Origin: the human T2T-CHM13v2.0 reference genome, Homo sapiens | Assembly: GCF_009914755.1 (NCBI RefSeq) | Contig: NC_060936.1 | Strand: one strand, 5' to 3' | DNA: 64,000 bases | Shown: piece after piece, positions 28,369 to 39,170 of the stretch | How the letters are laid out: each line of letters opens with the position of its first letter | Position numbering within the stretch: the stretch's first letter is position 1 | Notes under the pieces: generated by a model | What the model saw: the letters and a program-made list of their open reading frames with translations, nothing else | What the model was told of the DNA's origin: nothing | Databases searched by the model: none | Program-made: the position numbers and the translations under genes

Positions 28369-29289
28369 AATGTCAAAATGTGAACTAGAATGTATTCTTG
28401 GGATTAGCAGTTATTCTCTGCCCCATCTGTCTCTCAATAAGGAAGAGCTAATAAATTTACTACAGTTAGCCATTCTTCTGGCCTATAGCATTAACTCCAA
28501 CTATGTACTTTAATACAAAGGGTCACTTTAAAGTTTAAAATATTTTTTAAAATACTTGTTCCTAGTTCACTTCTAAGTTGGAATGCAATTGAGATACACC
28601 TTGTTAAGGATACACTGTCAGCAAGTAAGTACATGGATCCCTTAAAAAACTAATAAGAGAGAGGATGGGTTGTTATCAATGCATTTATCTTTTGTAGAGC
28701 TCTGCCTAGAGATAACAGTTCTCTAAAATAGGCTATCTTTATTCACAATTTTTTTTATTTTTAGGCAACTGTCTAATTAGGCTTATAAACCTCGGAAGTT
28801 CTCTGGATATGACAAGTCTTTGCAGTGATTTTAAGATGTAATCAAAATCTATTTCTAATTATTATTATTAAATATTGCTTATTATATAAAAAAATTTTAA
28901 TTAGATGGAATTACTGATGGTATCTGCCAGACCAAAATCTCTGAGAATACAAACAATGCAGTGATAGGTGCCATGGAGAAAAATGCTTAGCTAGATAAAC
29001 TGACAGGTAGGGGGGAAAGGCAACAGAAAGTGTAAGCATTAATTAGAAAACCTGGTTGGTTGTCAAGTTCTACTGTATAGCCCAGGTGGAGCACAGGAAA
29101 GTGGAATGGCAGGGACAGAGAATGGCACATTTCCTGTATCATGTCAAAGGACCCAGAATAAATCTGTACTGAAGCACCAGTATACATAAACAGGAAGAAC
29201 ATCAAATATATTAAATTCATCTTTCCTGTTTGGCACTCAAATTATACTGAGTGAATCCTCAATTAATCCTTACATTGAATAATGCACGT

Positions 29290-30380
29290 AATTTTTATGG
29301 GTTATTGAAGAACTAGTATTGGCACACTTGATTAGTCATCTGGAAAAAATAAAGTTGGTTCCACACCTTATACCTCACAACTAAATGTATCCCAGATAGC
29401 TCACAATTTTAAACAGCAACTCCCAAAACACAAAGAGACAAACCAAAACTATGAAAATTCTCCATGAGAATTCAAAAAACATCTTAGACTGATAAGGGCT
29501 ATTCCGAAGATGAAAGAAAACCTTAAAAGCCTAAAAGAAAATTTAAAAATATTGCATGCCAAAAAATAAATAAAAGTTCAAATGACAAATGGCAAGAAAA
29601 AAAATATGGTGGGCACGGTGGTTCATACCTGTAATCCCAACAATTAGGGAGGTCAAGGCGGGTGGATTGATTGAGCCCAGAAATTTGAGACCACCCTGGG
29701 TAACATGGTAAAAACTCTTTATACAAAAAAATACAAAAATTAGCCGGGTGTGGCAGCACGTGCCTATAGTCCCAGCTACTCGGGAGACTGAGATGGGAGG
29801 ATTACTTGAACCCAGGGGAGTCGGGGCTGTAGCCAGCCATGTTCATGCCACTGCACTCCACCCTGGGCGACAGAGCAAGACTCTGTCTCAAAAAAAAAAA
29901 AAATCAGAAAAGAAAAAAAGAGAAAAAAATTGTTACTTATAGGCAAAGAGATCATTTTCTTAAAAATGGTTACACAAATTATTAAGAAAAAAACCTATTA
30001 GGAGAAATAAGGAAAGCACAAGAAGTGACAGTTCACAGAAAAGGAAATATCAATCATTTAATGTTTTTTTCCTCACTCATAAAAAAGAGAAACACACATT
30101 AAAACTACAAAAATATTTTTACTTACAAGGTTGGCAAAAATCTAACGCACTGAAGAAGAAAGACATTCTCCTACATTGCTGGTGGAGTGTAAATTGAACA
30201 ATCTCTACAGAGGGCAGCATCCGTCAGAAGTGAAATAACCCAAAAAGTCTATTCCTAGGTATTTACCTTATTCACATGTGCAAAATGATTGAAAACAACA
30301 TAAATATCCAATAGTGAGGTTAAATCTATTTTAATAGTCATGAAATGGGATGTTATGCAGCCAAAGAGAAGAATGAGATA
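29290..30380 (+). mobile_element. ancient L1M ORF2 remnant, interrupted by Alu
   Basis: TGGAAAAAATAAAGTTGG...CACCTTATACC; ACATTGCTGGTGGAGTGTAAATTG. Confidence 0.65.
29608..29925 (+). mobile_element. AluJ-like
   Basis: Full dimer with TTGAGCCCAG (J-type) and A-rich tail. Confidence 0.92.
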
Positions 30381-31949
30381 CTCACCCATTTATTTGTATT
30401 CATTTATTTTATTCATGTGATAAATATACATTGAGTACCTACTGTGCTATAGACAAGGTCAGGCTCTAGAATTTTATAACAGGTAGGGGACTTACTTTTA
30501 TTCTGCTTTGTTATTTCTGTACATGTTATATCTACCCCTAATATACTGGAAATTAATCGAGGGTAGAAAACATGGTTTGACATATTGCATTTCCCCCAAA
30601 ATTAGAATAATGCATTTCAGATAATGAGGAATCATTATAAATCAGTTGAGTTAATAAATATGTGAAAAATTGTATGATATTGTCCTATTTTATAACTTAC
30701 TCAGATTTAATTTTTTTAGTAATAATTGAGTTTTTAAAAACTGTGATCACAGGGATATATGATGTCAAGCTCCTTCTAAAATCAACCACAACACCTTAGA
30801 TAGATTAAAATAGATATAATGTTTATTTAATAGAGACTGAATTTCTCTTCTGAAAGAGTTAATATTTTCTACATGTACAATTTTTTGGGACAAGTTGGCT
30901 TGTAAATTGATGTTTATTATTCAAAACATTTGTAAAAGATATTTTATGGAATTTCCACTTGGAAAATAGATTATGTTGCCAACAAAGTACCCAGCATTAA
31001 TTCCCCCAAATCATTTGAAGATTATGAAACACATGGAACAAAATTCTTTTTTAAGAGGAATAATATGGAAGTAATTCTTGGATACTTTTTCTCAAAGTCC
31101 TATACTTCTACCATGTGCTATTTTACTTCAAATAAACGAATCAACTGAGGAACAGCAATTGACCAAGTGCATTAAAAAAATTCGCATAGCCTTAATGCCC
31201 TGAACGTTTCTCAAATCTCTGTGAACACCATGGTGTACATTTACTGCAGAGCTCTCCATCCTTACTTGCTCCCACCATCACCCTTAATTTAGCTCATTGA
31301 GGGCAGAGGATGATAAAGATGTTTATACCTTACATTCCAGTTAGGCCCCCTGCATGTAATGACTTTGCTGGGGAATTTGCATTTATGATCACTTAAAAGC
31401 TTGTATCTTCTTATCAATTTCAAGTCCTACATCTTAGAAGACAGCGTAACAATGGAGGTAAATATCAGTAATTTCTACATATAAAAAGACATTCAAAAGC
31501 ACTTTAGCCTTTAAAAGTTTAAAACATTTTATCAGAAAAATCTAACATGATATACATGGTATATTCACAATTGATCGTGGCTTCAGTTTTAAAAACTTCT
31601 GAAGTTTTATCAGAAAAATTCGACATGACATAGTAAACTCACAGAGGATCATAGCCTCAAAACATTAATGGCAATAGATAAAGTTACAGCAAACTTCTGG
31701 AGCAATCAAGGGAAAGGAGGAAAAGCAATAGATGATAGGAAGTATTCTTTTTCTATAAAGGACTTTCCCAAAACCCTTATAACTCAGTTCACTAGCTCCT
31801 CACCTTCTTTTTACTTTATTTGAAAACTCTATATATTTGTCTCATGTATAGCTTAAATTACCACCTTGATCCACAATGCACACGGTATAAAACAGGTAAC
31901 ACATCTGCTTAAACTGATTTGTGATAGCAGAGCAGAGATTTGTGATAGG

Positions 31950-32140
31950 AGAGGTTAATGCCGCTAGCACGTCAGTGCAGAAGGGATTCAGATCCTGGCT
32001 CAGGCCCTGCCTACCTGTGTGACCTTCAGAAAGCTGCCAAACCCTGATAACGTCATTTCCCCATCTATAAAATGGAGCTAAGAATTATGTCCACATCATA
32101 GATTTCACTAGATTTTCCAACACTCAGTAAATGCTTGCTG
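31950..32140 (+). mobile_element. MIR
   Basis: CTGTGTGACCTT...TTTCCCCATCTATAAAATGGAG. Confidence 0.7.
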
Positions 32141-32880
32141 CTCTCAGCAAAGCAAACACTGACTTAGAGAGTGCTTCTGCTGATTTTTACTACCTTTTGT
32201 ATTCCATGTACAACTAAGAAAAAGAATGAAGTATTTTTGATGCTAGATGAGTTGAGCTACTGTACTTGAGAGCAATTTACAAATCATAAAATGTTATATA
32301 AATATGACTATAATTGATCTTTACATTGACAGCAATGTGTTTACCAACTTGGAAATGCACTGAAAATCTGCCTTATAAACAAAGTACTCTCTTGACTTTG
32401 TTGCATTTTAAATATGCATATCCCTTGTTCTGTTTAATATTAAAAATTCTTGCATATTTGAATTCTGCTAAACTTTAGTGCCTCTGTGTGTTTTTAAAGA
32501 ATTGCTGAAACACAAAAATAATTTTGCACCTGAGTTGTAAAATGTCAGACAGATCCCCACCCAACAAAGTTTTATGGGAGGCCATTGTTTTGATCTAGCC
32601 TCCTGCACTAGGCCCCAGCAGACCAGGCCAGAATGAAGTCATTCATGCTAAGTGCCACATAATCAAGCAGAACTCTGAAATGGGCCTTATCCAAGAAAAC
32701 AGGAGATTCATGGCAATCCATTAAAAGGGGCCTAGTTTGGCACGATGTTTTTTAACCCTTTAAGGAAGGGAACTTTGAAAAGGCCAATTTGCTTCTTGTT
32801 CCTTGTTTCTACTTTCTTCAGCCCTTTTCTGTCTAAAAAGCAACTGAGGTGCTGCTTGATTCTAGAATGGAATCGTTAAG

Positions 32881-32953
32881 TAGACTGAAGCCAGTTGACT
32901 AGGGTATTTAGCTGTTGGCTAAATTTTCGTGGGGTTGGATCCCACCAATCTAG
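32881..32953 (+). pseudogene. mitochondrial tRNA-Asn (GTT) pseudogene within NUMT
   Basis: TAGACTGAAGCCAGTTGACTAGGG...CCCACCAATCTAG; anticodon GTT at 32914-32916; T-stem GTGGG/CCCAC. Confidence 0.93.
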
Positions 32954-32954
32954 G

Positions 32955-33023
32955 AAGGAGTTAGCTCAATTAAAGTGATTGATTTGCATTCAGTTGATGT
33001 AAGATAAGATCTTGCAGTCCTTA
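32955..33023 (+). pseudogene. mitochondrial tRNA-Ala (TGC) pseudogene within NUMT
   Basis: AAGGAGTTAGCTCAATTAAAGTG...TTGCAGTCCTTA; anticodon TGC at 32985-32987. Confidence 0.93.
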
Positions 33024-33034
33024 TTTTTGGTTAA

Positions 33035-33102
33035 CAGAAATTAAGTATGGTTTCCTTACTTGGGGCTTTGAAGGTTCTTGGTCTGACTTAACCTAAATTT
33101 CT
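33035..33102 (-). pseudogene. mitochondrial tRNA-Trp (TCA) pseudogene within NUMT
   Basis: AGAAATTTAGGTTAA...ATACTTAATTTCTG on minus; acceptor stem AGAAATT/AATTTCT intact; anticodon TCA at 33069-33071. Confidence 0.93.
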
Positions 33103-33162
33103 AGTTTCATGTTGAAAGTATTGGTGAGAGTAGTAGAAACAGGGTTGACATGGTAATAGTGG
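33103..33162 (-). pseudogene. MT-ND2 3' terminal fragment within NUMT
   Basis: Immediately 5' of tRNA-Trp; mitochondrial-code reading MSTLFLLLSPMLSTWN then T(AG) overlapping the tRNA, resembling mammalian ND2 C-termini. Confidence 0.8.
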
Positions 33163-33332
33163 CAAATAAAAGGCAATTAGATCTTTAAATAAAATTTGTT
33201 GTAATTTTGTCTTTTGACTCCAGTAAGCCAAATGTCCATAGTTCTAGTTTATATGTCAGGACTTTCTAAGACAGGACTTTTGGGGCAACATGATAAAGCA
33301 TAAAATTCGTACTCAAAAAAACTTGGATTTCA

Positions 33333-33333
33333 T

Positions 33334-33372
<39 letters not shown>

Positions 33373-33583
33373 TTTTAGAAACAGGGTCTGGCTCTGTCAC
33401 CCAGGCTGGAGTGTAGTGGTGCGAACATAGCTCATTGAAGCTGCGAACTCCTGGGCAGTAAAGATCTCCCACTTAAGCTCCTAAGTAGCTAGGACTACAG
33501 GTATGCACCACCATGCCCAGCTAATTTTGTTTTTGGCCTCCCAAAGTGCTGGGATTGTAGGCATGAGCTATCCTGCCTGGCTG
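33333..33583 (-). mobile_element. AluJ-like with (TAAA)n tail and internal left-arm deletion, inserted in a MIR
   Basis: Perfect 14-bp TSD AAACTTGGATTTCA at 33319-33332 and 33584-33597. Confidence 0.93.
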
Positions 33584-33689
33584 AAACTTGGATTTCAAAC
33601 CCAACTCAAATACTTATTAATTGGACAAGTTACTTAACCTTTCTAAGCCTAACTTTCACTCTGTGAAACTCCCAGCCTATGGATTATTG

Positions 33690-34450
33690 TCAGTCAACAA
33701 ACACTTATTAATCTGCTTAGTCAAGAACAAACACTTTCAGGCTCCAGTGGTGAAGAAAGGAAAGTTCCTCTTTTTATCATTTACATGCTAAAGGGGGGTG
33801 GGGCAGACAACAAAGAAGCAATAAATAAACAAACAAGCTGCTTTCAAATAGTGACAAGAGCTAAGAGGAAAATGAAATGGTCTAAGATGATAAGGAGCAG
33901 GAAGAAGCTGAGACACTGCATGGGGGGTGTTCTGGAATACTTCACTGAGCCCTTATATTTTGAACTGAGATCTGACTGACAGAGGAAACCAGCAAGTGAC
34001 ATTCTCCAGGAAGAGGATCCAAACAGAGGGAATGGCATATGCAAATGTCCTCAGGTGAGGAAATGCCTGAAGCAGATGAGACTCCGAAAGAAGGTCAGTG
34101 TGGATGGAGCAGAGTTGGAGGAGATGGAGGGTGATGGGAAAAGGTCAGACTAGACCAGCTCAGATGAGGAAGGGCTTTTGTAAGTGCAGTGGGGAGTTGT
34201 CAGTGGGTGAGTGACATGCTCAGGTTTACATGTTAAGATCCTCTAACAACTGTGCAGGCAATGGATTGCAGGGGCACATTTAGTAAGGACACTCTTCTGT
34301 CATCCATGTCCGATGATGGTAGATTTGGACAAGGGTGACACAAGAGAAAGAAAAAGAGAGATTCTGGAAATGGGTCTGACAGAATTTGCTGCTGTGTTTA
34401 ATGAGAGTAAACAAAAGGGAAGAATCCACTGTGACCCCTAAGGTTTTAAA
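33690..34450 (-). mobile_element. L2
   Basis: CAACAAACACTTATT...; TTTGAACTGAGATCTGA...; GAGGGAATGGCATATGCAAA. Confidence 0.7.
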
Positions 34451-34931
34451 AGAGTACTAACTGCAAAAGAGTTACTTTTTCAAGTAGCACAGAAATCTGC
34501 CTCTTGCAGCTGCCATATATGAGTTATAATTCTGTCTTTGGGAACCTGTTAAAAAAAAAAAAAAACAGCCTATTCTAACCTTCAAAAGTTTAAAAATAAT
34601 TATTGTGTTCCTCCTCAGATTTCTTTTCTTTGTCTAAATATTTCAAATGTTTTCAATCACTAAAGTGAGGTGATTTTAGATCCCTTGACGACTGAGGGTT
34701 CACTTCTGAATGTGTTCCACTTTGGTTCTCTGTTTCTATGACCAGCGTCCAAAAACAACCAAAAAGCATACAGTCTAATCATCATTAAGCAGAATCTGCT
34801 TTTCACCTTCATCCTAGGTAACAACTTTCTATTAATTTCTTTTTGACAGCTGCTTTATAGTTGCCCATCAAAATCTAATATGGGAGACAAGAATAGTACT
34901 TGTGATGATGTAAGTTAGAATGAAATTAGAC

Positions 34932-35349
34932 TGTATCAGGCTGTTCTTGTGTTGCTAAAAAGAAATACCTGGCGCTGGATAATTGACAAAGAAAAGAGTT
35001 TTAACTGACTCGTCGTTCTGCGGGCCATACAAGCATGGCCTTTGCACCTATTCAGCTTCTGGTGAGGCCTCAGGAAGCTTCCACTCGTGGTGGAAGGCAC
35101 AGGGAGAGCAGACGGGGTCATGTGGCGAGGGCAGGAGCAAGGAGTCGGGGCAAGTCCCAAACTTTTAAACAACCAGATCTCACGGGAACTCACCAAGCAA
35201 GAACTCACTTATCACCGAGGGGATGGTGCTAGACCATTCATGACAGATCTGTCCCCACGATCCAGCCACCTCCCACCAGACCCCACCTCCAACGTCGGAA
35301 TCCCATTTCCACATGAGATCTGGAGGGGACAGACGTCTAAACCATATCA
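34932..35349 (-). mobile_element. MaLR LTR, MSTA-like, with 5-bp TSD
   Basis: TTGCTAAAAAGAAATACCTG...CTTCTGGTGAGGCCTCAGGAAGCTT...AAACCATATCA; TSD TAGAC / CAGAC. Confidence 0.88.
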
Positions 35350-37132
35350 CAGACACTAAGAAAGGCATACGTGGACGAATGGGGTGAGTTCAGATTTGGA
35401 TGTAGGAGCCAAGGGTGGCTATGGAGGAATTTGAGCAGAAAAAAAGTCGAGTAATGGGAAAGATGCTGAGGAGTGGCAATGGTGGAAACTCGAGAAAGCT
35501 AGTGTGAGCCATGTGGGGGCATCCTAGATGTAACAGTGAGGAATCTAGCCTTAGGTTGTTAGGCAAAGGGATGTTGCTGAAGGTTGGGGATGTAGTGTTG
35601 ATTTTTTAAACCGACAAAGAATTTCACTTCAGAAAGATTACTCTGGTATCAGGCTTATCTAAATAAGGAAAGACAGAAGGAGATAACATTAATTTCCTGC
35701 AGTGGTCCAAGAAGAAAGTAATGAAGGGTTAATGAGGCCACGATGCGGGGAAGGGGAGGGGAAGAACAAATGCAGAAGGAGAGTGGGGACAGAATTTCCA
35801 GAGCCTTAACTGTTCAGATGGAAGGGACCAACAAGGAAAACGAAGAAGGCATGCCTTCTCACAAAGAGAAAACTGAGATTGATATGGAAACCTCACTCTT
35901 CACCTATCTTGATTATACCCTTCGATATAATTATTTTTTAGACTTATCACACATGTCTTTATAGCATACGAAAAGGAACTAAAATTTCCTCTTAAATTAT
36001 AATGCTTTGGCCAGTATGGACATGGTAGGAAATGAAGTCTTATTACTTAGAAATAAAAGATGTATTTAGACTAATATAGTTTCAGTAACTATATTAAGCC
36101 CCCAAATCTCTGCAATTCTATGCATGAACTGATTGGATTACACAATGAGTATCACTGAAGTCAGAATTCAGAAAGCAGTCACAACATGGAATTTCACTTG
36201 TGGCTCCAAGTTCTTTTTCTCTCAATGTATACATGTGATCAACAACATGCCCGCTACACCCTGTGTAGGGCCAACTGGTATTTCCCTGCCTTGCGTTTGC
36301 TAAATATTGAGGGGTAGAGGAGGAGGAACAAGAGGAGAGAGAAAGAAGGAAAAAGAGAAGAGACTACCTTAATATGTGAAATACTGAAAGAAAAATACTT
36401 AGCAGCTAAGACAATGTATTCCTATGTAAAAATTAACACCATCATATTTCTTTGCTTTTCCTTTGATTTTATCTTTTATTGGTTAGTGTGTTTCCTAACC
36501 GATTTGGCCCAAATAAAAATACATTTACTGCTGTTTCATTATAACTTGAAAGTAATATATTAGCAGAAATTACATAAAAGTGTGAAGAAGAAAACCAGAT
36601 CCACACATCATCCATCCACCACTCAGAGATAATCAATATTAAAATTTTATTTATCTCTCTGAACACTTTCTTCTGTGCATCCTTTTAAAATAAAAATTAC
36701 TTGCTCTTTCTTTATTTCTCCTTCTTTATTTTTGTGTGTCCTTCTTTATTCTTGATATGATACATATTGTGACCACTTCCTCTTCCTGTACCTCTTCACT
36801 TCCCCTCCCACACCATTCAGTTCTAAAATCTTTAGGAGGAGCGCAGCGCAGTAAGTGTCCGTGCTGGGTAAGATGTGCAAAAGAGCCATGGCGCTCCAGA
36901 ATGTGGGGACCCAAAAGGGAGTGGAAGGTCTATGTAGGAGGACTGCCTGCAGAGAATCAGAACTCAAGTGGAGTGAGGAGGGTGTCCATGCGAGGAGCAG
37001 CCTGGGTTGGGGGTTACAGTCAAGGAGTGTATCCATGCAAAGGAGTGGCCCAGGATAGAGAGGTAGAGGCCAAGCCAGGTGAAGGGGATCCCCTGCAGAG
37101 CAGCAGCCTGACCTAGCACCAGCCCAAGGGAG

Positions 37133-37538
37133 GTGCTATGGCTTTATTGTGTCCCTCGAAGTTCGTGTGTTAGAAACTTAATCCTCAATAAAACAGAGGT
37201 GAGAGGTGGGACTTTTAGGAGGACAGAGCCCTCATAAATGAATTGATGCTGTTATGAGTGGATTAATTATCCTGGGAGTGGGTTTCTAATAAAAATATGA
37301 GTTTAGCCCCCTTCCTTTCACTCTCTCTCTCTCTCTTTTCCTCTCTTGCCTTCCACCTTCTGCCTTCCCCCATGGGATGATGCAGCAAGATGGCCCTCAC
37401 CAGATGCACGCCTCTCCATCCTGGACTTCCCAGCCTCCAGAACTGTTAGAAATAAATCTCTATTCTTGATAAATTACTCAGTCACAGGTAATCTGTTATA
37501 GCAGTGCAAAACAGAGTAAGCACAAAACAGACTAAGAC
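37133..37538 (+). mobile_element. MaLR LTR, MST-family (MSTC/D-like)
   Basis: TGCTATGG...GAAACTTAATCC...GGACTTCCCAGCCTCCAGAACTG...AAACAGACTAAGAC. Confidence 0.8.
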
Positions 37539-39049
37539 CAGAGATGAGGGCAATGTCCCTCCATAGGAGGGTAGCAGAGGCCAAGCTGCAAAAGGACAGC
37601 ATCCTTGTGGGGTGTGGCCCACCAAGGGGGATCCCAGCTCATGTGGGCTCTGAGGTGAGGAGGGTATGTGCAAAGAATGGTTCCAGGTGTGGAAACATTA
37701 AAGTTATTAGTTTATCTGAGGAGAACTGGCATCTTTATCAGTTGAATTTTCCAATCAAGAAATTATGTTTCTCTATTTATTAAAATATTTTATATCCTTC
37801 AATATAGTAAAATTTTATTCTCTCATATTGTTTACCCTTAGATGTTTAATGTTTTTGTTGCTATTGATAATGACGTCTTTTTCATATTACATTCTCTTTT
37901 GTGGTATACAGAAAGTCTGTTAAGTATAATACTCATTTATAATTAATTACTTAAGTCAACTGTATTATTAGTCTATTAGTTCCACTAATTTTCAATTAAG
38001 CCTCTTGGGTTATAACTGCCTTTCATTGTATTCAAATCAAAATCGGGGCTGTCACTAAATTTTGTTAATATAAAATAACCTAGGTCAAATTGCAAACAGG
38101 GAGAAATGACTAAAAACATTTTAAATGGTCATTAATTAGTTAAGTCATTTATTCATTTCTCACATATTTGTTGAGGTATGCTATAACCCTGGCCAAATTG
38201 CATAACCTATAAAACTCTCTGTTTTCTTAACTATCAAATGTAAATAATTTAAAACCTATCTAAGGATTAAATGAGATAATGCATGTAAATGGCTGGCATT
38301 GCACATGGTAAGTACTCAACAAATGTTAACAGTGATGAAGACTGATAATGAAATACGCTATAAACTGCCTTTCCCAATGTCTGCAGAGCCACCATTAGTT
38401 GAAAGGATGATCAAGCTCTTCCTTTTTTGTTCAGTACAGCCAAGTGTGCATTTCTTCTCTCCTCTCCCCTCCACCATTGGGGGAATGGCCCTAATTAACT
38501 TATTAACTTTCTCTCTCTCTCTCTCTCTCGACACCCCACCCCCCCATACACAGAGAAGAATCTATGAGAAACTCTTCTAGAATCTACTCACCTTCCTTTA
38601 GCTGTAATTCCCTTGCCTTCAATTTCATTTGTAATTTCTGAAGCCTTGAATATTGACACACTTCAAACAAAATTGGAAAACTACAAGACCCTCAAAAAGT
38701 CCTATGTCATATGAAGGTATTAGCAAGTCAGGCCACTTAATAGACAAGACAATTCCATAATGAAATCTGAGGTAACAATTAACTAAAATCCTCTAAAATC
38801 TGACTGAGCCATATTAAAGTTCCATATGCAATAATATTAAATTTAAGATTTTTAATATAATGATTATATCCTCCTCCCAAAAAGTATGCAACATTCAGAA
38901 TCATTTGCTGATGGCTGCTCTTCAGTTTAACAGAAAACATACTGGTTTTCTTAAGTTGTAAATTGGGAAGCTGCTTGTGTTGCCCATTAGCCAAAAACCT
39001 AATTTCTTCAAGAAATGTAAAAATAAGTAAAACTCAAACTATGACTTAC

Positions 39050-39170
39050 CCACTTCAGCCAAAGTTCTGATACAGGATTCCACTGAGGCTTTCTGCGCTG
39101 GGTTTGGCCAGGTGCAATTGTAAATTCTGAAGGCAGATTGCAGTAGCTGAATAAAAACTGGCTGATGTGT
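39050..39170 (-). CDS. ITPR2: ITPR2 coding exon, 121 nt, phase 0/1 ([12 protein letters not shown]...CIRTLAEV+G)
   Basis: Manual translation; acceptor ggttttag|ACA, donor TGG|gtaagt; phase 1 completed by next exon (G|CA = Ala). Confidence 0.97.

Larger units (their letters stand above)
32878..33162 (-). pseudogene. NUMT: nuclear copy of mitochondrial ND2 3' end + tRNA-Trp + tRNA-Ala + tRNA-Asn
   Basis: Reverse complement reads AGAAATTTAGGTTAAGTCAGACCAAGAACCTTCAAAGCCC...TAAGGACTGCAAG...CTAGTCAACTGGCTTCAGTCTACTT, in the vertebrate mtDNA ND2-W-A-N order and strandedness. Confidence 0.95.
32543..33219 (+). mobile_element. ERV1-class solo LTR (MER31-like), interrupted by the NUMT
   Basis: GGGAGGCCATTGTTTTG...CTCCTGCACTAGGCCCCA at 5' end; TCTAGAAT...|GCAAATAAAAG...TTGTTGTAATTTTGTCTTTTGAC resumes after the NUMT; TGTCA...TGAC termini. 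Confidence 0.75.

Noticed and set aside
31916-31953. Short direct duplication GATTTGTGATAG (similar micro-duplications at ~6393, ~10329, ~20427, ~56999)
   Set aside because: Two-copy 11-13 bp slippage duplications are common background; not arrays and not CRISPR-like
32881-33102. Functional nuclear tRNA gene cluster
   Set aside because: Mitochondrial-type bodies without canonical Pol III A/B boxes, with stem mismatches (e.g. Asn acceptor C-A); treated as NUMT pseudogenes
36736-37116. GC-richer 126-aa ORF region
   Set aside because: Sits among old L1/LTR fragments next to an MST LTR; no recognisable domain or splice structure
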